Source of the DNA: Octopus sinensis
Lineage: Eukaryota
NCBI RefSeq assembly: GCF_006345805.1
Contig: NC_043003.1
Span: forward strand, 79,732,001-79,796,000
Reading direction: 5' to 3'
Length of the DNA: 64,000 bases
Shown here: positions 38,062-50,154 of the stretch, one piece after another
Layout: every line of letters begins with the position of its first letter
How positions within the stretch are numbered: position 1 is the stretch's first letter
Program-made: the position numbers and the translations under genes
The notes under the pieces: generated by a model
What the model saw: only the letters and a program-made list of their open reading frames with translations
The model's database searches: none
Told to the model about the DNA's origin: nothing

Positions 38062-39933
38062 AGAAGCGGCATCGCATCCGACGTTTTGGCGGCGAGGTTG
38101 GCCCTCGACCAACACTTCAACGCCAAACACGAAGGATGTGCTGTCAGAGCTAGGATGCGTGCTCTAAGGAACGAAGGTGTTGGAGCCGCGAGAGAGGCCC
38201 GGGTGGCAGAGGCACAACAGGGCAACAACATGGGTGGGGCCCTGATCAACTTGGATCAATCGAAAGCCTTTGATAGGGTAGACCATCGATACTTGGAGGC
38301 AGTCCTGAGAGCGGCTGGTTTCGGTCCCGTCTTCCGCGGCTGGATAGCTGCCTTGTACAGAGGCATCCGTTCGGTAATTCGCGTAAATGGACATCTATCG
38401 AGACCCTTCGACATTGCACGTTCGGTCCGTCAGGGATGCCCCCTCTCGGCGCTTCTATACGTATTGACTCTTGAGCCACTACTGCGGAAGCTGGCGACTC
38501 TGAGGGGCATCCCGCGAGAATTAGGATGCGGGACGATCGTGTCTGCATACGCGGACGACGTCACCGTCATAGTGTCAAGCCACGAGCACATCGAGCGGGT
38601 AGGCGAGACACTGAAAGACTACGAAGCGGTGACAGGAGCAAAAATCAACCGGGAAAAGTCAGTGGGCTTGCGGCTCGGCACCTGGAGAAGCAAGCCCATG
38701 CCGTCCACCAGTACCTCCGTCGTGGGACGCTGGACAGACGGCCCGGTTGAGTTGCTCGGGGTCTGGTTCGGTCCGGACCTCCAAATGGAGAAGAACTGGA
38801 ACGAGATAACGAGTAGGGTGGTCACTCTCGCCCAGCAATGGGCCGAGAGGAAACTGTCCCTAAAAGGTCGGGCGGAGGTGGTGAACGCGTACATCGCGTC
38901 CATCATCTACTACCGCCTGACCGTCGTACCTTGTCCCGACCCTACCATCACCAAACTAGAACGCATCCTCTTCCGCTTCTTGTGGAAAGGATGCGTCCCG
39001 ATGGTCAGGCGATCCATTTGCTGTCAACACCCGTTAAAAGGAGGGCTGGGCATGCCGTGGTTGATGATGCGCAGACACGCGCTGAGACTGCGACATCTCC
39101 GGCTCTATGTAGACGACGGTGAACAGGTGTGGTCGCCGTTTGTGAGGTACGCATTCCCGCAACTCGACTCCATGACCGAACTACAGTCGTGGATCAAAAA
39201 GAGGCCGAAGAAGGGCGAATGGCACCGCGAGTGTCGCGTTGCTCTCAAGCAACTCTGCCGTCCCGGGTCGACCTTGAGTGACATCAACACAACCAAAGCA
39301 TTCTATAGGGGATTAGTGGAGGGGAGGTACGACGACGAGCTCGGGGCAAACCTGGGCGTCGACGAGGAATACCTGACCCGCCTGTTTCAAACGACTTTCG
39401 GGCCGGGACCTATGGACAACTTCCAGAGATCCCTGGCCTGGCGGTGCTACCGAGAAGCGCTACCCGTTCGGGATAAGCTCTATAGGCATGGCTCGAGAAA
39501 CACGGGGCCGACCTGCCCGAGATGCGGGCAGAGCGACGAAACCGCTCTGCACGCAATCGTGCAGTGTCCAGCAATTTCCCACCTGTGGGCTTATGTCGAA
39601 CGACTGCTGTCACGTGTGGGACGTGTCGGTTTATCAGCCGAGTCTATCGTTAATATCGTCACGCCTCCTTCCTTCAAACGGGAAGGAAGAGCTATTTTTA
39701 TCATACTTGTGGCTATGGCGAAAGAATGTATCTGGTGGACGCGTCTGAAAGGATTAGAGACAAACACTTTCCTCTCTGGTCAATCTCTCATCAACTTCTT
39801 CAAGTATCACTTGAAGAAAAAAGTGAGAGTAGAGAGGCAAGTTTTGTCTAGTGAATGTTTTAAAAAAAGATGGGTGAATGTAGCAAGGATGGCACGTATG
39901 AATGACGAAGCCACCTTGACTATGATTCTATGA
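38062..39933 (+). CDS. ORF2 remnant: reverse transcriptase (partial) + C-terminal zinc-binding domain; open frame without a genuine start codon
   Basis: ALINLDQSKAFDRVDH, SVRQGCPLS, SAYADDVT, INREKS, PLKGGLGMP, LPVRDKL, CPRC..ETALHAIVQC. The endonuclease and early RT subdomains are absent. Confidence 0.85.
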   Translation, partial: RSGIASDVLAARLALDQHFNAKHEGCAVRARMRALRNEGVGAAREARVAEAQQGNNMGGALINLDQSKAFDRVDHRYLEAVLRAAGFGPVFRGWIAALYRGIRSVIRVNGHLSRPFDIARSVRQGCPLSALLYVLTLEPLLRKLATLRGIPRELGCGTIVSAYADDVTVIVSSHEHIERVGETLKDYEAVTGAKINREKSVGLRLGTWRSKPMPSTSTSVVGRWTDGPVELLGVWFGPDLQMEKNWNEITSRVVTLAQQWAERKLSLKGRAEVVNAYIASIIYYRLTVVPCPDPTITKLERILFRFLWKGCVPMVRRSICCQHPLKGGLGMPWLMMRRHALRLRHLRLYVDDGEQVWSPFVRYAFPQLDSMTELQSWIKKRPKKGEWHRECRVALKQLCRPGSTLSDINTTKAFYRGLVEGRYDDELGANLGVDEEYLTRLFQTTFGPGPMDNFQRSLAWRCYREALPVRDKLYRHGSRNTGPTCPRCGQSDETALHAIVQCPAISHLWAYVERLLSRVGRVGLSAESIVNIVTPPSFKREGRAIFIILVAMAKECIWWTRLKGLETNTFLSGQSLINFFKYHLKKKVRVERQVLSSECFKKRWVNVARMARMNDEATLTMIL

Positions 39934-40334
39934 ATCGTAAAAATTAATACAGAGAGTTGCTTATTTGCCAAAAAAAAAAAAGAAATATAACATGTGACTT
40001 CATTGACCGAGGTTACCGTGGTCTTTTCCGTAGGCTTTTCTTTCCACGGGTAAACCTCACCTGTCCTCCCCTTTACACTTCATATTGACATTTCTGTGAT
40101 AACGATCCCTATTGATCAATTTTTTTTCCTCTCCCCCTTTTTTTTAACCCCCCCTTTTTTGTCCTCTTTCTCTCCTTTTACGATCCCTTTTGATCGACCC
40201 CCCTTTTTTATTTTATTTTATTTTTTATTTTATTATTATTATTATTATTATTATTTTTTAAACCTTCAAAAGAAAAGCTCTACCTTGTAATTTGTTCTAT
40301 CTGTGTGCAGCCCTGTGTGGCTAATAAAGAAACA

Positions 40335-40335
<1 letters not shown>
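38062..40335 (+). mobile_element. L1/Tx1-clade non-LTR retrotransposon, 5'-truncated and internally deleted, inside (ATCT)n
   Basis: RT ORF plus ~400-bp 3' UTR ending aataaagaaacata. (ATCT)n on both flanks (37900-38060 and 40335-40377). Confidence 0.9.
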
Positions 40336-40377
<42 letters not shown>

Positions 40378-40433
40378 GTGTCTCTGTGTCTGATTTTTAA
40401 TATATGTATATGTACCTAAACATGTTTATATAT

Positions 40434-40478
<45 letters not shown>

Positions 40479-40895
40479 ACATATATCTGTATATCTATGT
40501 ATACATACATGCACTTACATACATACGCACATATCTGTCCATAAAAAAAGTACTGCAAAATAATATTTACATACACACATATCTGTATATATAAATACAG
40601 AAACGACTATTTCTATATCGTTCTAAAAGCAAGAATATTATTTCGATATAGAACCGTCAGCACTTCCGATCCTGTATTCAATAGCCATCCATATTGGTGT
40701 CAGTATATACGATAATCTAATTCTCGATCGAATTTCGTTCTCTCTATCTCTTTTCTTTTCTGCTTATTTTTTTCTTTTTCCCTTCTTCTTTGACATCAAC
40801 ACCGATAGCTTTCGAGCAAATCAATATGGGAAGATGAGAATGATGATGATGATGATCATCATCATCATCGTTGGCGTTGTTGTTGTCGTAGTGAA

Positions 40896-40950
<55 letters not shown>

Positions 40951-41162
40951 GCTGACACTGCTGCTGCTGCTGATTTTTACTTGAACAATGCAAGTTGTCA
41001 TCACTCTACATCACCCCTGCCCATTGCTCTGGCATATAGCATATCTTAGTATGTGAATAGGTATGGATGTCACCTGGCCGAGTTTTCGCCTGATTCACTA
41101 TCTTTAGAAGTGTAAAACTACCTTAAGGTGAACCTTTAAAACAATTACTATCATCATCATCA

Positions 41163-41221
<59 letters not shown>

Positions 41222-41613
41222 TCTCATCTTTTTGATGTATGAACACTATTCTCTGTACTGATATCTGCACTCAACAACAATCATATCATGCATAGAACAT
41301 TAATAATACAAGCGCACTCTCATTCCCTTTTCGACATGCATACGTATGTACACACACACACACACACACACGTACACACACACACGTACACACACACACA
41401 CACACACACAGACACACACACACACACACACTCACACACACCCACACATAGTTTTGCACCCCAAAATATACACAAACGTGCGCATGCACGCATACAGAGT
41501 AAGAAACTGAAGGCAGAGGGAAAAGATAGATAGATAGAAAGAGAGAGAGAGAGAAAGAGAGAGAGAGAAAGATAGAAGAGAGAGAGAAGTGAGAGAGAAA
41601 GAGAGAGAGAGAG

Positions 41614-41677
<64 letters not shown>

Positions 41678-42990
41678 GGTATTCATTAGTCTTGTAAAGT
41701 ATGGAGAGTGATTATGGACCAAGAGGATGAAAAACACTTTCTGAATTCTATGGCTTACAGGTTTATTTCAAACCATTGGGAATATAAAGATTATTGCTTC
41801 TTGCGTTGGTGTTGCCTGTGAATATTCTTTGAGGAGAGAGAAATTTACCATTGTTAACTTTGTTCCTCCCAGTCCTTTAAAAGTTTTATCCTTCACTTCT
41901 TAATCTCTGTAATACTTGCTGCTAGACACAGGCTCCTGTTGCCAGAAACTACTTTCTAAGTGACAGGTTGATGTTGGTCGCATTCGTCACATTTGCACAC
42001 TTCCTCGTGTCGCAGGTACATGCGTCCTTTGTCTTTCGATCTAGACCTCAGCTCAATATGTATGGAAATTGAGCAACGTCCTTGCGAAGGAAATGTTAAG
42101 TCATTTAACCCGACGTCGACGCAGAAAAGTGAACAAAAGGGAATTACCCTTGCAGCTTATAATATTGACACTGCTAATTGGGCCCGAAGATTCTGTGTAG
42201 ATATCTCATAAAGTATGCGTGAAACCTGTGTCGTGGGAAGAGTATGCTGTTCATGACTCGTTACAATATAGAAATACACAGAGAACACAGACCTTATATA
42301 CCTCGATATATATCAGGCATTTAGTCTCTTATACTTTCTTAGTAGGTATTGCATGAGTAAGCTGCTGGTTTTTCGATGCGCATTTTAAATCCAGATATAA
42401 AGTGAAGTTGCTTATTGCCGTAGAGACAAGACAATGAAACTCACCTACCGCATCCTATCCCTTGCCTTCGATTTGAATGCAAGGATGAGATGGAGGGCGT
42501 TTTTCCATGACTGGGGACCCCTTGATATTGTAAGATAGCAGCAGCATCAGCAAACAGCATGTCTTTCTTTAATGGTAACTTACCTGAATAGCAGTCTACA
42601 CCAATGTTTCAGGAGCAACGCAAAGACTATGGTGAGGACATACCTGACTTCGTTCCTCACTCCAATTTCTTACTGCACATTACCCATCGCAGCATCGTAG
42701 AAAGACCTTATCATACTTAGCAACTGAGGTGGGCAAACAATGAGTAGTAATATTCTAAAGAGGCTGTGTCTACCAATAGGGAAAAAATCTTCTGTTATAT
42801 CAATGAAATCTAGATAAAGTGGTTGATTCTGCTCTCAATATTTGTTTCCAAGATGGCTCAGTGAAAAGGTAATGCTTGTAAAAGACACCTTCGTTAGGAA
42901 ATCACATTACTACTCAGATATATTTTATCTGCAAGTTTATTACACTTTTGTGAGAGTAATCGAGCGGAAAACTTTCCTAGTACGTCATCT

Positions 42991-43363
42991 TTCTTTTAGC
43001 TTTTACTTGTTTCAGTCATTGGACTGTGGTCAAGCTGGGGCGCCACCTTGGTGCGTTTAGCCCAACAAATCGACTCTACTGTGCATTAAAAATAACTAGT
43101 ACCTACGTTCTCGGTCTCTTTTGCTGACCCGTTAAGATTCGGGGATGTAAACAAGCCAAAAGCAGTTGTCAAGCGGTGGTGAAGGACAAAAACAAATACA
43201 AATACGGCGGTATTCTTCTCAGTTTCCGTTTATCAAATCCATACACAAGACTTTGATCGGCATGGGGCTGGAGTAAAAGACACTTGCCCAAGGTGCTGTG
43301 CAGTGGCACTGAACCAAAGACCACATGGTTGAGAACGAAGATTCCTATCCACACATTCACACC
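42991..43363 (-). mobile_element. tRNA-derived SINE, family 1 (older copy)
   Basis: ttttacttgtttcagtcatt...gacacttgcccaaggtgc... Confidence 0.75.
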
Positions 43364-44535
43364 TGGTATCTTTCATACTCAATGAAACTGTAACCTTTTC
43401 TCAAAATTGTTTGAGGAGATTGTGGAGGTTTTCAAACAAGATTGGTTTGCCCCTTTTGAACACTACATATTTTCCTATTGTTAACAGAAGCTTTTCCCGT
43501 CGGCTACTTGTCCATAATCATGAGGGAGATCATCTATAGCAGGGAGCTTAACTATTTCGCATATAACCGGAAGAAATTTAATGAAGTCAAGACCTGATTG
43601 GCGAGAAAAATCAAATAAATGGATATTTACTCTTTGGGAATCATTTAAATCTCAATATACTGTTGCATATCATATATAGGTCTGTTTGCGAATATTTTTC
43701 TTGTTTGTTTCAAGTTACTTCCCTTCGTTTAGGCAACCAAAAGGATAAAACTAAGAGAAACACTTCAAGAATCTTCAGCTTGCAATAAAATATATACGTT
43801 TATACACATGCACGTTGCATGATGTACTGACGTATGTGTGTGTGTGCGTGTACATAGGAGAATAAATCTCCCAATATTTTAAGTAGAGCTTATATATACT
43901 TTTTTACATTTAAGCTGAAAACTTCAACAGTGCGTTACTTAGGTTTCGTGTTTTTATTGCAGAAGTAACGACTATAAATTTTAGTGTTTCTTTTATGACT
44001 TTTTACAATTTCAAAGCTTATCCGTGAAAACACGTATGTTAGAAAATTGCATCATGAGATAGACAACCCCACACATGCACTTTTTCAATCAGAGTCGCAA
44101 AAGCATGAAAACAACCATCAACTCTTATAATTCAATTAACAAAAAGGCAAAAAAGAGTCGGATATAACACCATGATAGATGATAATCTAGTAATATGTGA
44201 TTCACATTAAAAATAATGAGGTTAAATTCTCATAAACGTTTTAGATGTATTTATCTACCACGGAACGAACGTCCAGCCTACCTCTTCAGGACAAAATCAC
44301 CGCCAGAAAGCTCCTCGGTAATTGAATATTTTATTGACAAAAATGATAAATTTATGCATTCACATAATTTGGTATTGTACAGTATTACTAATCTACACCC
44401 AAACCACTTTATTAAAAAAGCTTAGAATTTTTACTAAATTCATAGCTTATCTTAATTTTAATTCTGCAACCTTGGAAATATACTTCATAAGTCGACGATA
44501 ATATTCTTTCATATATTTTAAAATAAATCTCAACG

Positions 44536-44685
44536 TACATTATTTACATTATTTACATTTGCCGGATATTTGTCCCCATCTTGTTTGTTGTTAACACAAC
44601 GTTTCGGCTGATATACCCTCCAGCCTTCATCAGGTGCCTTGGGGAAATTTCGAACCTGGGTTCTCGTTCCTAAGGTAGTTTTTGG

Positions 44686-44723
<38 letters not shown>

Positions 44724-44731
44724 TATTATTA

Positions 44732-44787
<56 letters not shown>

Positions 44788-44793
44788 TCACTG
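44536..44793 (-). mobile_element. (AAT)n + hammerhead-tail element (same family as 16596-17176), head mostly missing
   Basis: Tail is near-identical to 16596-16745. Confidence 0.8.
44593..44638 (-). ncRNA. Minimal type I hammerhead, intact core
   Basis: GGCAC-CUGAUGA-A-GGCUG(GAGGGUAUAU)CAGCC-GAAA-CG-UU-GUGUU. Stem III is the palindrome AACGUU. Confidence 0.75.
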
Positions 44794-44796
44794 ATT

Positions 44797-44864
44797 GGCA
44801 TAATGGTTAAGAGCGCGGGCTACTAACCCCAAGATTCCGAGTTCGATTCCAAGCAGTGACCTGG
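44797..44864 (+). mobile_element. tRNA-like head of the same SINE family, head-to-head with 44536-44793
   Basis: ggcataatggttaagagcgcgggctactaaccccaagattccgagttcgattccaagcagtgacctg, followed by (AAT)n. Confidence 0.8.
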
Positions 44865-44909
<45 letters not shown>

Positions 44910-45036
44910 TAATAATAATGATAATAATAATAATAATAAGAGCCATCAGAGCATCACAACAAATCACAGCACATACCCAAGGCACACAGAGCTGCGCTCG
45001 GTAGTGAAGTGAAAGCACGCTATAAAAATAAAACTA

Positions 45037-45067
<31 letters not shown>

Positions 45068-45155
45068 TTGCATGTATGCATATATCCATACATATGTACA
45101 TGTGCGTAAATATATGTATATATGTAAGCACGTACATACATACATTTGTATGTCT

Positions 45156-45195
<40 letters not shown>

Positions 45196-45208
45196 TATAT
45201 ATATATAT

Positions 45209-45255
<47 letters not shown>

Positions 45256-45635
45256 ATGCATGTACTTTAATTCATGATCACATACCCATCACTGTACTTA
45301 TTTCATCTCACTACTTTAACTTTTGAGATTTTGTGTATATTCCTTGATATTCATCCCCGAAAGTTGACCAATTACCCCCCCCCTGTTTCTAATAATAACG
45401 ATCACCAATTACCACCCCTTATATTTTTCTACTTGCTGAATCACTTAATCACAAACTTCATACACAACATAGACTAAAATTTTCTTAAGAAAATATGAAA
45501 TTACAATAATTTCAATGTCCTGATCAGCGAAAGTGAAACCGGTCGATAAATAATATGAAATATATTACAAAAAAATATTATTAAAACTATGTAGAGTGTG
45601 AGCATTTCCCTTCTTTTATGTCTCATATATATATA

Positions 45636-45679
<44 letters not shown>

Positions 45680-46789
45680 CATTATAGCTCACTACGTGGG
45701 GGTAATCGAAATTCTTCCCTTGTTACTACACACACAAACACACACACACACACACGCGCGTATATATATATGTCAGCAAATTAGCTAGTTATAAAATCTC
45801 TACAAGAGATGAAAGCAGTAGCTATACTGGTAAGTAATGTTTATCGCCACTTAAACATGGCTGTTCCGTAGGAACCGACTCTACGGCTATTTTTATCTCC
45901 ATCTATATGTGAGTATCTATATATAAGTGTGTGCATTATGTATGCATGCATGTATATATGTATGTGTGCATGTGTGTTTGTGTGTATATATTTATGTAAA
46001 TGGTGTGCGTATATGTGTTTGTGTTATGTTTATCTTACATTTGTTGAATAGTACCATCGTTGATTATGGATTTCCGCCGAGATAATTACTGCGTCACTGG
46101 ATTTTGAATGGTGTAAATGTCAATAGATGCTTTTATTTGCACTTGACCCTGAAAAGGTCTTTCTTCTCGACAGATATATCTCTTGTGAGAGTCTCCAAAC
46201 GTTTGTGCCAAATTCTGCCATTCGAGTACACAAAAATCCCATCCAGTGTGACGCCGTGCACAGATACACGTGTATTTTCCTTTATAAAACGGCATCTTCC
46301 ATACTATGACAGTAGTATTGCTATGAGTTCTGATTTGTAGTAAGCTTGAGTGCTGTTGTTTTTGTTGTTGTTGTTGTTGTTAAGCAACAAGACGGGTAAG
46401 GGTGATTAGGTGATGGTCTAGGGCTTAGGGGTGGGAGACCCCAGAACTTGGAAAAAAAACAACTTTGGTCATCTTGTTGTAGTCGAGGGCTTTTCGTTGA
46501 CGCCCGACACCACTGGGAGGTGGCCCTCGAAGTCGCTGGAAATGGAGATCTCCAGGTCCAAATTCTTGAACGGCAGCTTGAGTGCTTGGATGGATCTTGT
46601 AGATAACGATCTTTGAACCAGTATGGCCGTAGAATTGTTGCAATGAAAAAGAAAAAAAAGAACACGCTGCCAACAGCTTACAGCATATGAAAAATGTTGA
46701 TGCAGCAACAGTTATTTGCACCAGTCTGAAGCCACTTGCTGCCAGTTCTTTGGTCTCAGGCTTATACTAGTTCTTTTCCTTCGAGATAA

Positions 46790-47095
46790 AGATCTTCAAT
46801 GAAGCTCTCGCCATCTCTCGGTTGATGAAGCGTCGCGAGCTCAGGAAGTGAACCCTGAGTCGGAACAAATAATAATCCGAGGTAGATATTTTTCCGCAAT
46901 CCTAACGTGCATAAGTAGTGGTTAAGCTAGGGATATCTTCAGGAACCTGTCGACAAACGTGGACGTTTCAAACACAACGTGATGCACTACGTCTGGTGGA
47001 ATTCTGAGGAGATAATTCACTATGAGTTCGTTCAAAAAGGTCGAACCATCAACCTGTACTTCGAACAGCTGCAACTGCTGTATGCCATATTGTAT
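46790..47095 (+). pseudogene. Mariner transposase fragment
   Basis: IFFRNPNVHK.WLS..KRGRFKHNVMHYVWWNSEEIIHYEFVQKGRTIN..YFEQL. Confidence 0.7.
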
Positions 47096-47104
47096 GATAA
47101 TGTT

Positions 47105-47395
47105 AGGGTGTAATATATGCAAATATATGGGAAACTACCACCTGTGTCATCTCTTGTGAAAAGTAGGAGAGTCCAGTTTGCTGGACATTGTTGTAGAGCT
47201 GAAAAAGAAGTAATTTCTACTCTTCTCCTCTGGAAGCCATCTACTCGCAATACCAGAGGGCGCACACTCTCCTACCTTGATGTAATCTCCAGGGATACAG
47301 ACATCCAGCAACAGGACCTCCGTAATGCCATGATGGACCGTGAAGCATGGTAAATTCCATTGTCTCGACCACGGTCGAACAATAATAATGATGAT
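47105..47395 (+). mobile_element. RTE-like LINE 3' end
   Basis: IYGKLPPVSSLVKSRRVQFAGHCCRAEKEVISTLLLWKP..MMDREAW, then a short (AAT/GAT) tail. Confidence 0.75.
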
Positions 47396-47772
47396 AGGGT
47401 GTAATTTGAGGATGTTGCGGTTATTTGTAGTAGGTATCGGGAGACTATTAAGCAGAGACACTTTCGTGAGCTTATATAGGAACTATGTTTTAAGTTTGTT
47501 TTACCAAAATGATTCGCACAAGATCTTAAAATACAGCAGATACGTAAGGTGAATTGAATCAAGTGTTGATGCCATCGCTGGTACCTATTTTATTTGACCA
47601 GAAGTCATGGAAGAAGTCAGCTATGGTAAGATTTAAGCAGAACGAAGAATGTGACTAAATACTGCAAGGCACTTAATCTTTGGAAATGTTGATAAAAGCA
47701 TTATACAAGTTTAGTGGTCGTTTGGAAGGAGGAAGATATGAAAGTTCCAGATCATTGCCATCCGTCAGAGAG

Positions 47773-47821
<49 letters not shown>

Positions 47822-48959
47822 AGCGAGAGAGAAAGGGAGGGGGGATGGGGAGGCATGAAGATTAATACCCGAGCATTTCTACCACGTCACCTCTTTATCT
47901 GTAAAGGGAGATCTCTATCCAGTCACTGGATTCGCTAGAAATATCATTCTGTCCTTTCTTCAGAGCTGACCTGAGATTATAAAAACAAAAACAGCACAAA
48001 AAAAACCCCAGCAACAATGGGAAAAACAAATGCAAGGTACTATCTCATAATCTTTAACGGATCCTTAGGGCGTCACTGAAAATTTCTTCTCTGAAGAGCG
48101 TCATGAAAATTTCAGTTTGCTTTTGGGCATCATTCTGCAAATATTGCAAAAGAACTGGAAATTGCAAACACAAAGAATAAGAAATATGAAATGGTCAAAA
48201 TAGTAGGAATCAAACTAACTTTATTGATTCGAATTTCGGGTTTTCTTTATTGGCCACCGATAGATATATGAATACTTTTCATATTCATTTTATTCTTTAA
48301 CCGGTTTTAATGCTGTGGTACTACTTTGAAATATTTAGTGGTTCATATCGATCCAAGATTTAAGTCTGATACACTTTTATCGATTTCTATTTGTCGAACT
48401 GTTATGTCTCTTTGCATTTCCTTTCATTTTTATTACATACTAGTATATTTTTATTAAAAAGAAATATAGCAAAATAATAACGTAGTAGAAGAAAAATAGA
48501 CAGTAAGTTTCTTAGACTGGAAGGTTTTTTTCTCACTCAAAGTTTGCTACACATGTATACGTAATTATACTGCAATGAATTGTAAACCGCATTGAAGTAG
48601 AAAATCTCTATCACCTGCAAGACAGACATACCGAGAGATATAAAGAGAAAGAAAGATAAAGAGAGAGATGGGGGGGGGGTAAGAGATGGACACAGAGTGA
48701 AAGAGGGGGAGAAAGAGAGAAAGTGAGAGGGAGGGAGGGAGGAAAATAGTAATAGAACCAGAAATAATTTATAATTTCAATCATGTCGATATAGTGTAAC
48801 CAATGAAAAGCAGAACTAAACAAATATATAAGTGTGACTATGAATCATGTGTTTTAAGAGAAAAGTAAATGTTGGGAAGGTAATTATTTTAAATGTGGAT
48901 ATTGGTGATTATTTTGAAAGAAGATATATTTAGATGTTACTAGTGTTGAGTGAAGAAGA

Positions 48960-49022
48960 TGAAGAAGAAGAAGGGGAAGAAAAAGAAGAAAGAAGAAGAA
49001 GAAGAAGAAGAAGAAGAAGAAG

Positions 49023-49052
<30 letters not shown>
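48960..49052. repeat. (GAA)n microsatellite
   Basis: Directly visible. Confidence 0.9.
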
Positions 49053-49054
<2 letters not shown>

Positions 49055-49299
49055 CATCTATGTAGTTCATTTGACAAATATATATATGTTCATTCTTAGA
49101 CAGTACTGGAATTCGAAGAAATTAAATTCTGTTTTCATTCCTCGAGTTCCTTGCATGCTGGATGTTTAAACATGGTCAAATAGAGTTGTTTGTGTTGTTG
49201 TTGTTGTTGTTACTTAGAATCTGGACGACACAACCAGAGGAGATTTATAATCAAAAGTGTTCCCACCGTAACCATCCCAACTTTTCTATGCATTGGCGC

Positions 49300-49467
49300 T
49301 GACGTTGTTGTGTGGTAAGAAGTCTGATTCTCAACCACATAGTTCAGGGTTCATTCCACGGCATGGCACCTTGGGCAAGTGTCTTGTAGTATAGCCTCCC
49401 CCCCACCCAAGCGTTAAAACCTTATGAGTGTATTTGGTAGACGGAAACAAAGAAATCCGTCGTACAC

Positions 49468-49500
<33 letters not shown>

Positions 49501-49620
49501 CACAAGCACACACACACACACAAGCACATCTCTGTTGAAAATAATTACTGGGGATCGATTCATCCGACTAAAATTCCTCAAGGAGGTGCCTCGGCATGGC
49601 CGCAGTCTAATGACAGAACA
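49300..49620 (+). mobile_element. tRNA-derived SINE, family 1
   Basis: Head gtgtggtaagaag..gggttcattcc..cttgggcaagtgtctt and tail ggccgcagtctaatgac. Confidence 0.75.
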
Positions 49621-50072
49621 CCCCCCCCCCAAAAAAAATTATAGATTGGCCTACATACGCTCAGTGCATTATTTTTCTTGTTTTAAGATATTAGGGTTTG
49701 ATTTGAGTAAGATTCGGCTCTTATTTTTAGCATTTCATGTAACTGTTCCCATTTTGGCTCAGGCGGCCAAATTTGGATTGATTGCTTTCGTGGGAAGACA
49801 GGAAATTTCAACGAGGAATCATAATCTTTCTGAAAAATCATCGAGCCATAGAAAGCTGTCTTCTAATTCTGAAATGTCAAAAGCAACCAGTTTAACAGAG
49901 ACAATTTAACACACCGAAGATGATGCAATTTTTGCTTTTATTATAGTTTCCGATGTATCTGTACAAGAAATTGTCGCTAAATATTTCCCACAGTGCTAAC
50001 GTTAATGCAATACAAGATATGCTTATGTATACAAATAACGTTCAAAGAAAAATAAAAGTAAAAAGCTTTGTA

Positions 50073-50154
<82 letters not shown>

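Noticed and set aside
41880-42800. Moderately GC-rich unique sequence as an exon or TE ORF
   Set aside because: All frames are interrupted and no motif was recognised.
46500-46600. Histone H3 or guanylate cyclase similarity (KLPF..L..EI, DLHFQ, KIH..ST)
   Set aside because: Short matches scattered over different frames with no continuous alignment. Likely chance.
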